From Octopus bimaculoides (taxonomy: Eukaryota), in NCBI RefSeq assembly GCF_001194135.2, contig NC_068983.1:10021058-10060230 (forward strand): a DNA stretch of 39,173 nt, given 5' to 3'. Of the stretch, positions 1 to 11,401 are shown piece by piece. How positions within the stretch are numbered: the first letter of the stretch is position 1; the number at the start of each line of letters is the position of its first letter. The notes under the pieces were generated by a model. The model had not been told where the DNA came from. It searched no databases and worked only from the letters and a program-made list of their open reading frames with translations. Made by a program: the position numbers and the translations under genes.

Positions 1-418
1 CCTTATTTGGTGGCATATGAGATGCACTTTTTTCTCAAAAATGTGTCTCATAAAATTCACACCAGCTTCTATATGTGAAGTTGGGCCTCCAACTAAACAT
101 TACATACTTTAATGCACTAAAAATTTTTTCCTGAATATGTACTTGGTTTGTCTAATGTGTCAGTGTCTTTTATGCCATTAAATGCTGTGAATATATATAT
201 ATCCACAGTTGAAACATTCCTGTCATAACTTGGGACCATGAAGACTGCTTAAATGAAGTCCTTTAATATTTGATATTCAATATTTCATTTATTCAATAAG
301 ACAATCAATACTTCATTTCATTTTACTATTTATGCTATATATACTATATATTCCATATCCTACATTAATATTTTAAGAATATAAATAAAACATAAAAAAC
401 AGAGTTGAAATTCCTTTG

Positions 419-455
<37 letters not shown>

Positions 456-720
456 TAGATAGATAGATAGATGCACACACACATACACACAATATTAAAC
501 TTTAAAATAGTTTTACCATACAATCTACATCACATCTGGTGTATATTTTAGAATTCACCGTATACACACACACACACACACACACGTAAAAAATAAATGA
601 CCTCATGTTGGTTTCATTAACGAGTATTGCTGTTCGGTTTATAGGGTTACCTACCAATTAACCCTTTATATATATATTACAGTATGCTGAGTCAATGTTC
701 TATTTTCCCCTTTTTAACAG

Positions 721-853
721 TAAATCCTTGCTTGGTCATCAACCATTTCTCTCCCTGATCCTTACATGTCTGAAAGGCCAGGATGAGCAACGTGAATGTC
801 TCTTATCCTCACTCCATTTTCAACTGGAAAAATTTATCAGCAATGTGAAAGAA
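721..853 (+). CDS. MED12: MED12 coding exon (first in window; gene continues upstream)
   Basis: Acceptor TTTTTAACAG|; encodes (S)[44 protein letters not shown], matching recalled MED12 '[19 protein letters not shown]'. Donor GTATTG at 854; an in-frame alternative donor GTATGT lies at 860. Confidence 0.93.
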
Positions 854-1019
854 GTATTGGTATGTATTTTCTGTTTTATAATCTCACTTTTTCTAAGATT
901 GATACATTATTAAGTTTATAATTTGTTGATTTGCAGTGTCTGTATCAACATTACATTTCGTTAAGTTTAATTCCCGATCCTTATTTCTCCTTCCTCCCCA
1001 AGTTATAGAGATTCATTGG

Positions 1020-1225
1020 GCTGGTTTCCCAGTTTTTGTGGCATATATATATTTTCCCCTGGATGGGACACCAGTCCTTCACTGGAATACTCATTTTTGC
1101 CAGTTGACTGGACTGGAGCAACATGAAATGAAGTGTTTTGCTCAAGAACACAACGCGTCGTCCGGTCCAGGAATCGAAACCATAGTCTTACAATTAGGAA
1201 TCCAAAATCCTAACCACTGAGCCAT
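1020..1225 (-). mobile_element. tRNA-headed SINE fragment, same family as 27040-27362
   Basis: Shares CTGGAGCAAC(A/G)TGAAAT.AAGTGT.TTGCTCAAGAA and GGAATCGAA.C with the 27.2-kb copy. Confidence 0.7.
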
Positions 1226-1363
1226 GTGTTTCTGTTGATTCTTATCAGCTTTCTTAATTCTACACATTACTTGGTTCTACTTTTGCAGGTGCCAGTTTCA
1301 ATGCAAGATGAAATAGTTTTCTTTTTATGCAATTTATTTCAATTTTTAAAATTTTTCTTCCAG

Positions 1364-1432
1364 GATCGAAGCCCTGATGAAACTAAAATTCGACAGAATC
1401 TCAACGAAGCATTACAATTACGTCTCAGTCTC
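1364..1432 (+). CDS. MED12: MED12 coding exon
   Basis: CAG|...|GTAAGT, 69 nt, phase 0/0; DRSPDETKIRQNLNEALQLRLSL (MED12 'EALKLRLNL'). Confidence 0.96.
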
Positions 1433-1710
1433 GTAAGTTATTTCTATTATTTTCTTCTAGCTATGGTGTATATTTCTACTTCAGTTGTTAGCCTTTTTCA
1501 TTGTTGGTTGATAGTATTGCAGAGACAGTGGCTTAACCACCTCTGCTACCTTGGCTGTTTCCAAAAGCATGTACCTCGCTCCAAGTACACTCATATCCTC
1601 TCCTCTCCTGTTACAAAGCAAAAACAAGTCAATACATTAACAGCATCCATGGAGCTGCAAGGGATGATAGATAATGGTGAAGAATAACCATATATATCTG
1701 CTTTAAGATC

Positions 1711-2310
1711 CCTGTCTGATTTGGCTTGGTTTCTATGGCTGGATTCCCTTCTTAATGCCAACCACTTCACAGAGTGTGCTGGGTGCTTGCTACGTGGCAC
1801 TGGCACAAGTGCTTTTTATGTTTAACCAGCACAGTACTGTTGCAGGCCAATTCTCTTCACCAGGGGATAGTGGCCTTAACATCACTTCAGCTGTGAAATA
1901 TGGGTCTTTTTGAGTACCACAAGGCACCAGGCATCTCAGTCCTTTGTCATCTCATCTGAAAGATTTGACATCCTGAGGTCGTCTTTCATGACTCCGTCCC
2001 ATGTCTTCCTGGGTCTCTCACTTCCACACGTTCCGTCTACTTTCAGAGATCAGCACTTCTTTATGGAACTATTGGCATATATCTACATCACATGACCAAA
2101 CCAGTGCAGTCTTCTCTCTCTTGCACACTGCCTCTAATAATCCTTCTTATGCCCAACATTTCTCTCAATATACTAGTACTCTGTCGAACATGTATACTTA
2201 CATTACACATCCAGCAGAGCATACCAGCCACATTCCTCTTGAGCCTTCGCATATCCTCTGCATTCAGGGCTCATGCCTCACTACCATGGAGAATTGCTGT
2301 CTGTAAGTCA
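1711..2310 (-). mobile_element. RTE-clade LINE 3' end (RT C-terminus plus 3' tail), decayed
   Basis: Minus-strand translation gives ...VQERRLHWFGHVM...KVDGTCGSERPRKTWDGVMKDDL..., typical of RTE ORF ends, followed by the tail shared with the (GAT)n-ended repeats. Confidence 0.8.
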
Positions 2311-2327
2311 ACATAAGAAGGCAATAA

Positions 2328-2370
<43 letters not shown>

Positions 2371-2374
2371 TTAC

Positions 2375-2530
2375 ATGGAAAGCTTCTGTTTTTTTTCAGT
2401 TTCTATCTGCCAAATCTACTCATAAATTTTGGTTGGCCCTAGGCTAGAGTAGAAGACACTTGCTCAGGGTGCTGTGTGGTGGGACTGAACCCAAGACTTT
2501 GTGGTTGGGAAGCAAACTCCTGACCCTTAC
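2375..2530 (-). mobile_element. tRNA-derived SINE (family of 30515-30668)
   Basis: Reverse complement of GCTTCCCAACCACA...GGGTTCAGTCCCAC...CCTGAGCAAGTGTCTTCTACT...AAACTG(A)AAGAAGC. Confidence 0.75.
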
Positions 2531-3244
2531 CATGCTGCTACACTTGCACCAATGTATAGATAAGAAAAAAATAGAAAAAAAAGACATATCACATTCACAA
2601 CAATGACTAATGGCTTTCTCTGATGTTGTATGTTAGATAACACTGGACAACAAAAGATAGATGCTGAAATACATCTGACACATACCAGTATAGAAAATGC
2701 ACATAAACGGTGTTGATCCCCTGTTTATTGAACCTGAGGTTAATTCTTTTGAGATATTATTTCATTTTAGTTGATTTTTCTGCATAAATACCTCCATGGT
2801 AATTAACTTTGTAGCGGTCTATGTAGCTAGATAGTTGAATGATCTCCCTTGCGAGAAAGATTATGGAGTAACCTCCCTTCCTTAGTTTCTCGAAGCATCT
2901 GTGTCATGAGACATGATTCTTAATTATTCAAGAAGCTTAGCGTTTCTCTTGGGAGTTTGTAGAATGTCTAGCGTTCCATTAATAAAAGCAGCTTGCCAAC
3001 CCTGCTCTTCGCTTCTTAGTCAATTAGACTTAGAGCCATTCACGTCATTGCCATGTCCGTCTATTTCTCTACACCACATGACTGAAAACCACTACTTAGC
3101 TGTTATTTCTATATTTCCTATCTCTGAATTTTCTTGCATAGATTACTTCATTCAACTATATTCCACATTTTGATTATGTATCATCAGCGACTAGTAAATA
3201 GAACATATTTTTATGTAGTAAATATACAGTTCTTGAATTTATTC

Positions 3245-3320
3245 TTCATCATCGTCATCATCGTTTAACGTCCGCTTTCCATGCTAGCATGGGTTGGACG
3301 ATTTGACTGAGGACTGGTGA
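3245..3320 (-). mobile_element. Truncated (GAT)n-tailed RTE-related repeat, antisense to MED12
   Basis: 3256-3320 is the exact reverse complement of 8218-8282. Confidence 0.85.
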
Positions 3321-3462
3321 TCTCTATACAAACTCTTGTAATAATATACACACAGCCACATCAACTCCTGGTACTGAACATATATTCCCACTACAACTGT
3401 TTTCATAATAACCTCTTTTTAATTACTTTGTTAAACTGATTTTTTTTTTTTTTCTTTTTTAG

Positions 3463-3572
3463 GTTGGTGGTATGTTTGATACAATCCAGAGAAACAATGC
3501 CACAACCAGTGACTGGGCAGTTTTACTTGTACAGTTAATCAGTCATGGTGTGGTTGATATGCAGACTAACTA
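3463..3572 (+). CDS. MED12: MED12 coding exon
   Basis: Poly-T acceptor TAG|...|GTAAGT, 110 nt; VGGMFDTIQRNNATTSDWAVLLVQLISHGVVDMQTN (MED12 'VGGMFDTVQR'). Confidence 0.97.
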
Positions 3573-3689
3573 GTAAGTTATTAACATTGGCCCCTTGTGC
3601 TAATGTTTCTGTTGTCTCATTGCTTTGGTCTCCATTATATATTGTGACCCTTTGTCATGTGTCATTATTCCACTTTGCTATATGTAATC

Positions 3690-3945
3690 ACAAACTGCTT
3701 TCGCTACACAACAGTCTTCTAACCACATATGCTAATTCCAGTCACACAACTGCTTCCAATCACACAACTGTCTCCACCACTATGCTTTCAAGCCACACAA
3801 CAGCTTTCTAATGACACAACAGCCTTTGAACCATACAACAGCCCTTCTAAGCACACACCTGCTTCCAGTAACACAACTACCTTCTAACCACACAACTGCT
3901 TTCCAACCGCACAACTGTTTTACAACTACACGACTGCTTCCACTG
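3690..3945. repeat. Degenerate ~20-21 bp minisatellite (consensus roughly CTTCCAACCACACAACTGC)
   Basis: About a dozen recurrences of CACACAAC(T/A)GC with regular spacing. Confidence 0.8.
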
Positions 3946-4296
3946 GCTGCAGACTTGTAAGCAGGAACACCCAGGCCAGAACAAGGCACTGCCAGAGATC
4001 AGACGCCATCCATATTTCAGTTTGGCTTTCCCACGATATCATCACTCAAACTATCTACCACCTATACGCTCAAGTCTGCTTCCTTCACTACACAACCTGC
4101 TACCTCCACCATCTCCACAACCACCACCACCACAACCACCACTATACAACCTACTACTACTATTAACAACACCATCACACAACCTACAACCTGCTGTCAC
4201 CTTTACTACACAACTTGCTACCTCCACCACCACCACCACCACATGCCTTTATATATATGCCACCTCTTACCTGAGTATTTTCTGAAAATCCTTCAG

Positions 4297-4420
4297 TGAG
4301 CTGTTTACAACAGTGATAGACATGTTGAATGTGTTGATCCATGGTACATTATTGGGAGATTCTAATGAGAAAGGAGACGACAATAAGAGAACATACCAGA
4401 ATCTTATTAAAAAATTAAAG
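4297..4420 (+). CDS. MED12: MED12 coding exon
   Basis: CAG|...|GTAAGG, 124 nt, completes TA+T=Tyr; [41 protein letters not shown] (MED12 'ELFTTVLDMLSVLINGTL'). Confidence 0.97.
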
Positions 4421-4456
4421 GTAAGGAAAGAATTAATTCAACTAATTAAATATATA

Positions 4457-4677
4457 TATGAGGGAGTGCTGAAAAATTCCTGGCTCTAAGGGTATTGAGA
4501 AAGGCCTGGTTGGAAGCTCAACCATCTGAGTTCTTTCATTGAGCTTAGAAAAACTGAAGGACCACTGCAATAAGTGAGTGAATCTAAGAGGGGAATATGT
4601 TCAATAAAATTATTATTTACTGATCCTCCTGTATTTTTTGTTACCCAAAGCCATGAACTTTTCAACACTACCTCATA
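4457..4677. mobile_element. Tc1/mariner-type MITE
   Basis: Imperfect TIRs TATGAGGGAGTGCTGAAAAATTCCTGGCT / AGCCATGAACTTTTCAACACTACCTCATA with TA at both ends; homologous to 19200-19421 in the opposite orientation. Confidence 0.75.
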
Positions 4678-5099
4678 TGTTCCTACTTTTTCTGTATTCT
4701 GTTATGTTCATTGTTTCAGTGTTAACTTTTTCATGCTTGCATGGGTCAGATGGATAAATCTGCCTTTGATTAGTTTGTCTATAATTTTCAGACATTCCAT
4801 CTTTCACAAAAGGATTTTCCTAGATTAGATAGTTATATAATCTGTGAGGATCTCTCTACTATTTATCTATCCATCAAATTGAAATAAATCTGCAATTGGT
4901 CAGATGGAATTTGTTAAGGCAGATTTTTCTCTGATTGGCTACCCTTCCTGTCACTAATCTTCACCTGTTTCCAAGCATTGTACTATTTCCTATGGCTACG
5001 CATATTTCCATAGAAAATAGCAACCTATCAACATCATTTGTATGACAGTAATGCTCGTGTACACTCGTCATGTCATGTTAAAACACAGATACACATGAA

Positions 5100-5245
5100 C
5101 ACATGGGCTTCTTTCAGTTTCCATCTACTAGTTCTACTCACAAGGCTTTGGTCATTCCAGGGATATATGTACACTTGCCCAAGGTGCTGCACAGTGTGAC
5201 TGAACCTGAGACCACATGGTCCAGAAGCAAACTTCTCAACCACAC
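5100..5245 (-). mobile_element. tRNA-derived SINE (family of 30515-30668)
   Basis: GGGCTTCTTTCAGTTTCC...CAAGGCTTTGGTC...CACTTGCCCAAGGTGC...CTGAACC..GACCACATGG. Confidence 0.75.
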
Positions 5246-5629
5246 ATCTAGCTTAGTTCTCGGCAACCTTTCTTCATGTGCGGTACATTTATATTTTCAA
5301 AATTCCGCAGCACACCTGAACTAAAAATATAATTAAAAGTATAGGGAAAAATATTATATTCAGGTTACACTATGGCACACCTAGCATCGTCTCATGGCAC
5401 ACCAATGTGCTACGGTATACCAGTTGCAGGGCACTAATTTAGCTTAGCAAAACAAATGTTAAATGAATGAAGGTAGAGTTACCTTTGAAGGAAAAATGCT
5501 GCAGATATTACTTACATGCTGCTTTTATTTTTGTTTTGATTTTTAATTATTTTTATTAACTGGAGACCTTAACCTTAAATACCTTTTCCAAATTTACATT
5601 TCTGTCTTTCTTTTTATTTGTTCCTTTAG

Positions 5630-5791
5630 CGAGAACTAGGAGATAAAAATAACACTTGTATTGACAAAGTCCGACAGCTCCTGCCATTACCAAAGAAACT
5701 GTATGAAGTGATCACGTGTGAGCCCCATGGTACACTGGTAGACACAAAAGGTTATAAAATTGCAGGTTTTGATTCTATTGGCAGGAAACAG
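5630..5791 (+). CDS. MED12: MED12 coding exon
   Basis: TAG|...|GTAATT, 162 nt; [54 protein letters not shown] (MED12 '[34 protein letters not shown]'). Confidence 0.98.
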
Positions 5792-7213
5792 GTAATTCTT
5801 GTATTGGTTTATATTATATGGTATCATCATCATTGTTTTTATATACATTTCGACATACTTGCATGGATCAGACAAAACTTGTTGAGGCAGATTTTTCTAT
5901 CAGATTGTCACCAACCATTCCCTGATATTTCTTCTTATTCACCAAATAATTAACAGCTTGATGATCAGACATGTTTTTGTGTAGATTTTAAACGGTGCAT
6001 CAGCATGGCCGCAGCTCTGAGCTGAAACTTTGAAATGAAATGAAAAAGTGTCACCTATTGAATGACCAATGTTGATGAGTGCACACATCAAGACAATAGG
6101 AAGACACAAACACATGCACACACACACTCACACTCACAAATATACAGATATATATATTGAACTTCTTACAGTTTTTATCTACAAGTCCATTCACAAGGTA
6201 TTGGTCAGCCTGTGGCTATAATGGAAAATACTAGCTGATTGTGTCATGCGGTTGGGATAAACTCTAAACCATGTGGGTTCATTCCCATTTCATGACATAG
6301 TCTAATTGATTACAATGCTCCACTATAGCTGCAGGCTGACTTAATGCCTTGCGAATGAATTGGCAGATGAAAACGGTAAGAAGCTATACCTTCTGTCTTT
6401 ATGAACACTCAACCAAATTAGACATATTGTTCTCTGATTCATTGCACCTCAGAGATTTATATAATACACTGCAGCTGTACTTCATCTAAACATGGATCTC
6501 AAAATACATGATTAGTTTCTCGTTGGACAAGTTGCTGCTCATATGCACACAAATTGTTGAACACAGCCTGTAAATGAAATCAACCAGGATCTGATCACAA
6601 TGCAGATTGCTTCAATGCAAAAGCAGACAATTGATGAGCTGTGATTTAAAACTGAATCAGATTGATTTGGTACCTGTAGCTACCTAATACAGTAATCCCT
6701 CGCCATTTTGCAGTTCACCTATCTCAGTTTATTAATTAAGCTTTCATCAATTCCTCTGTGGTGTTGTTTTGCATTGATATTAAAATAAATATATACAAAT
6801 TATAAAAATAAGAAAAGAAAATATACAGTACAATACTGTTTCTACTTCATGGATTTTCACCTCTTGTAACATCCACAATAGTGAAGGAATTACTGTAGCT
6901 GTTAGGTTGATAATAGTCTGAGATTGAGTTTGTGTCCTCTCCCAGACTGGTGTGGTCAATTCAGCTGATGTCCACATGAAGGTTGATTTCTGTTGGAAAA
7001 ATGTGAATGTGATACGAGATCCAGAAGTTGTAGTCCTGGGTAGGAAGGATTCTTCTTCTGTGTGTGTGTGTGTGTGTCTCATCACAACATCCAGTTTCCC
7101 ATGTTTGTTTGTGCCAAATGAAATTCATTGAGATAGAGCATTTAACTAAAAAAATAAGATAGAATCATTTTAAAGATGTGTTAAAATGTATTAATAGCTG
7201 AATTTGTTGACAG

Positions 7214-7353
7214 GGTTTACAAGTTGCCTCAAAAGTGAAGATAACTCCTTGGGAGATAATTGAGGGAACCAAAAATCCAGCTCCATTGTCTTGGACATAT
7301 TTTGGTGCTGTCAAGATGGAGAAAAAGATGCTCAAATATGATGACCAATACAG
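7214..7353 (+). CDS. MED12: MED12 coding exon
   Basis: CAG|...|GTAGGA, 140 nt; GLQVASKVKITPWEIIEGTKNPAPLSWTYFGAVKMEKKMLKYDDQY (MED12 'GLQVSTKQKISPWDLFEG..APLSWGWFG'). Confidence 0.97.
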
Positions 7354-7885
7354 GTAGGAAAATTATCTTTATAGTCACCAAGATTACTAGAAAAAAATTA
7401 CTGTTTGTTTCTTTGGTTTAAGCAGTAGAGAAAGGCATAGTGTTTTTGCAGATACTACGAACTGATGGGAGCAAAAGGTATGAAGAAATCATGCTTCTTG
7501 AGTTGCCGTAGCAGGGAAATCTTCAACTGAAGGTTCTGTTCTACCAAAACCACACAAAGACCACCTGACAGGGGTTTTGTACAGGGTGCTAGAACTTTGT
7601 AACTATAGAAACTTAGTATTACTTTGTCATGACCAGTATTGCCTGTTTCTACTACAGTGCTGAAGTTCTGCGTCTCACTATTCTACCATTCTTGTTCCTC
7701 AGGAAACTTTGCAGTTTAGATTCTCTCACTCTCTTTGTCTGTTTGTCTCTCTAACCATCCATCCATCTCTTTCACTCCTTTGCCCTGTCTATCTTAGGCG
7801 CTTATTTTAATTAATTTATGCAAGAAGTTAAATTATGACTATAAACAAATGTAGTGTCTTTTATGCTATACATATACATACATTC

Positions 7886-8100
7886 ATCATCATCATCATT
7901 TAACGTCTGTCTTCCATACATGCATGGGTAGAATGGTTGACAAGAACCAGCCAGGTTACCGTGTCCGTTTTGGCAGGGTTCTTATGGCTGGATGCCCTTC
8001 CTAACACCAACCTCTCTGCAAAGTGGACTCAGTGCTTTTTATGTGGCACTAGCACTGGCGAGGTTAGTTTTGGCAAGATTTTTACAGCTGGATGCTCCTC
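7886..8100 (-). mobile_element. Older (GAT)n-tailed RTE-related repeat
   Basis: (CAT)n-TTTAACGTC...GCATGGGT...GGCTGGATGCCCTTCCTAACACCAAC. Confidence 0.75.
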
Positions 8101-8103
8101 CAA

Positions 8104-8134
<31 letters not shown>

Positions 8135-8135
<1 letters not shown>

Positions 8136-8293
8136 TCTGAGTGGTTGGCGTTAGGAAGGGCATCCAGCTGTAGAAACTCTGCCAAATTAGATTGGAGCCT
8201 GGTGTTGCCATCCGGTTTCACCAGTCCTCAGTCAAATCGTCCAACCCATGCTAGCATGGAAAGCGGACGTTAAACGATGATGATGATGATGAT
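8135..8293 (+). mobile_element. Young (GAT)n-tailed RTE-related repeat
   Basis: GAGTGGTTGGCGTTAGGAAGGGCATCCAGC...GCTAGCATGGAAAGCGGACGTTAAAC(GAT)n; near-identical to 9683-9841 and 15507-15622. Confidence 0.85.
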
Positions 8294-8523
8294 ATGAGAG
8301 AACTGGTGATGGCTTCTGTCAATAACAATTAGTTCTTAAGAGTTCAAAAAATTCCGTTGCTGGAAAAAACATATAATCTGTTTTGTGCTTTGGCTTTCAT
8401 CAAATAACAATATTAAAGTATTATTATTGTTTAGGCTGGGGGTAAGTAAAAAACAACAAAAAAAAACCCCTGATTGTTTTGCTTATATGTGTATTGATAT
8501 TGTTTCAATTTTATCTCCCTCAG

Positions 8524-8623
8524 GTTATTATGCTACCACACTCATGTGATGAGACAACCAACCAGTTGTTACCTTGAACCACCACCACTACCTGCAGAAG
8601 AACTAGAACCACCTGCTGAAAAG
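8524..8623 (+). CDS. MED12: MED12 coding exon
   Basis: CAG|...|GTTAGC, 100 nt, completes AG+G=Arg; LLCYHTHVMRQPTSCYLEPPPLPAEELEPPAEK (MED12 'LLLYHTH...YYLEPLPLPPEDEEPP'). Confidence 0.96.
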
Positions 8624-9384
8624 GTTAGCTATCTGTCACAGAATATATAAACATATATATATTGAAACACACACACATAGATTATATATATATATATGCA
8701 TGTAACCTCGTGGACATCAGTGGCGATTTTTTCTTCTTCCGTTTTTTTCCTTCTTTGATCTTTCCTTGTTTCCGACGAAGAGCTCCGCTCGAAACATCAT
8801 ATTCTCTCTCTTTCCTTTCCCGAGCGTCTAGTAACACAATCTGTATCACGTCCTCACGTTGTTTTTTGTTGTTGTTTTTTTTGTCTTTTTCCTTTTTTGA
8901 ACTTATACACACAAGTGAGTGGACAAATGAAAGAAGAGCACAAAACACATTTATTGGGAGTTACATGCATGGATCAACACAGTTTGATACAAATTGTATG
9001 ATACTTAAAGTTTCAAAACACAAGATGATGCTTATCATCGGCCAATGGAAATTTCCAATGGCCGATGATAGGCATATATATAGTGTGGGTTTTCTCTAAG
9101 TAGTTTTCACATATTATAAGGAAGATTTTATTTCCATGGCGGTGGGTGGTTTTATCTTCTAACATTCCAATTTTTACATATTTTAAAAATTATGTTAACA
9201 GATGTGAAGAATTTCAAGAATAAAAGTTAATATATTATGTTTTATAATAACTTCAGATTAAATAAAATTTCATTCACATTTAGTTAATCTTGTTTAATAT
9301 GCTTGAAGTAGATATTTATCATTGACGCACTCAAATCACTAAACGTAGAACTGGTATTGAGTACGTATCAGTAGCATAATGGAT

Positions 9385-9841
9385 TAGATCCCGGCACTTG
9401 TGCCTGTGGCATGTGTAATGGACTTTCGAGTGAGATCGTTGCCAGTGCCCCTGGACTGGCTCTTGTGCGGGTGGCACATAAAATACACCATTTTGAGCGT
9501 AACCATTGCCAGTACCGCCTGACTGGCCTTCATAGGATTTTCGAGCGAGATTGTTGCCAGTGCCCCTGGACTGGCTCTTGTGTGGGTGGCACATAAAATA
9601 CACCATTTGAGCGTGGCCGTTGCCAGTACCGCCTGACTGGCCCTCATGCGGGTGGCACGTAAAAGCACCCACTACACTCTCAGAGTGGTTGGCGTTAGGA
9701 AGGGCATCCAGCTGTAGAACTTCTGCCAAATCAGATTGGAGCCTGGTGTAGCCATCTGGTTCGCCAGTCTTCAGTCAAATCATCCAACCCATGCTAGCAT
9801 GGAAAGCGGACATTAAACGATGATGATGATGATGATGATGA
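9385..9841 (+). mobile_element. Longer (GAT)n-tailed repeat with an internal ~115-bp tandem duplication
   Basis: TTGCCAGTGCCCCTGGACTGGCTCTTGTG recurs at 9439 and 9554; same 3' tail as 8135-8293. Confidence 0.8.
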
Positions 9842-10085
9842 TTGTTGTACATGTATTTCTTGCATAAAAGGTAACTTTTCAAGAGAAATGCAACAGCGTT
9901 ATAGAGCATGCTTTCACTAGGAACAGTCCTGGGACATTTCTGTCTACTTTTCAGCCTGAGCAATGCCTAGCATAAGGCTGCCTTCCTTTCTACTATGCTC
10001 CCACTCAGTTGAGGGAACTTTTTAGCCTTACACTCACACCCACATATTCTAATACATAATGCCATGTTATTTATATTAGTTACAG

Positions 10086-10190
10086 GAGGAGAAGCCAAAA
10101 GAACCTGCTGAAAATAGTAAAGATGATCTCAGTAAGAAGAAGCACCAGAGGCGGCGACGTAACCCCAGGACTAACAGCTCCTATATGCAG
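10086..10190 (+). CDS. MED12: MED12 coding exon with basic NLS-like stretch
   Basis: CAG|...|GTAGGG, 105 nt, phase 0/0; EEKPKEPAENSKDDLSKKKHQRRRRNPRTNSSYMQ. The basic cluster (10134-10169) is positionally equivalent to the K/R-rich stretch before the MED12 PQL region. Confidence 0.88.
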
Positions 10191-10404
10191 GTAGGGTCAT
10201 TCACTTCTAATTTCATTATATATTCTCTCAGTAGGTGGCATTTCCGTTTATCTGACAAAATTTCCTCTAGTTGTGCTTACATGATGACAAGATCCCCCTC
10301 ATTGTGTTTATGAAATGACAAGATTTCTCTGGCTGGAATTTGTCTGAGGACCAGGTTTCTCTTGTTGTATGTATTTTTCTTTCTACGGGGTCTGTCATAA
10401 TCTT

Positions 10405-10510
10405 TATGGCAGTGTGGTTTAGGAGTTTCCTTTGCAACCACATGGTTTGGAGTTCAGTTTCACTGCAAGGCACCTTGGGCAAGTGTTTTTTTTACTATAG
10501 CCCTAGCATT
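10405..10510 (+). mobile_element. tRNA-derived SINE fragment (family of 30515-30668)
   Basis: GTGTGGTTT...CAACCACATGGTT...GGCACCTTGGGCAAGTGT...ACTATAGCCC. Confidence 0.65.
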
Positions 10511-11254
10511 GTAAGTGAATTGGATAGATAGAAACTGTGGATATGCTCGTGGTGTGTGAGGAGTGTCTTTGTGACCATGGTTGTCTCCACACCCATCCCT
10601 TGTCAGCCAGATTGGTTTGTTTTTATGTGGTCCTATTGCTTAACAATTCAGCAAAAGTGACTGATGAAATAAGTACCAGACTTGAAAAAAACAAGTAAAT
10701 ACTAAGGTTAGTTTGTTCAACTAAGCCCTTCAAAGCAGTGCTCCAGCATGGCCGCAGTCCAATAACCGAAACAGATAGATGATAAAACAATGGAAATGCC
10801 TTGTGGACAAGAAAGCAATCTACCAATTGGCGGATGTCCTGTGCAGGAGAAATTTAATGTGCTGTAGATTACTGTATGCATATTTACTAAGCTACTCTAC
10901 ACCTCAGCATGATGAATTGTGGCCTTTGGTAATGGATATTCCAGTCTGTTGCTAAATGTCCTGGGTAAAATATTCTTTCTAAAACTGTGGCAGTGTATTT
11001 GAACCCCTGAACTGGTTGTCCAATGCCGTATTTTTACCACTCTGCTATTTTGACACATGAAAACCAGCAGGTTATTATGGTGATGTGTGTTTGTATGTGA
11101 AGTATATTAGGGAGGGCATCCAACTGTAAAAGCCATGCCAAAGCAGACTTTGCCAGTGCTGGTGTTGCATAAAAAAGCACCCAGTCCACTCTGTAAAGTG
11201 GTTGGTGTCAGGAAGGACACCCAACCATGAAGGAAGGAACACTCTATCGGTTAC

Positions 11255-11401
11255 GAAAACGAAGCTCCCAGCTGATACGATCAACGGAACAGCCTGCTCG
11301 TGAAATTAACGTGCAAGTGACTGAGCAATCCACAGACACGTGTACCCCTAATGTAGTTCTCAGGGAGATTCAGTGTGACACAGAGTGTGACAAGGCCGGC
11401 C
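11255..11401 (-). mobile_element. Internal fragment of the ~385-bp tRNA-headed SINE (family of 26016-26397)
   Basis: GATCAACGGAACAGCCTGCTCGTGAAATTAACGTGCAAGTG is shared with 26016-26397. Confidence 0.85.

Noticed and set aside
1373-1383. CTGATGA-AAC hammerhead-like word
   Set aside because: Lies in MED12 coding sequence (Pro-Asp-Glu-Thr) with no supporting helices.
3690-3945. Regularly spaced repeats as a CRISPR array
   Set aside because: Units are degenerate with no unique spacers, there are no cas genes, and the context is a eukaryotic intron.
4022-4285. Pro-rich 87-aa ORF in a MED12 intron as an extra exon
   Set aside because: The flanking exons already join in frame (TA+T) with continuous MED12 homology; the ORF arises from CCA-rich low complexity.
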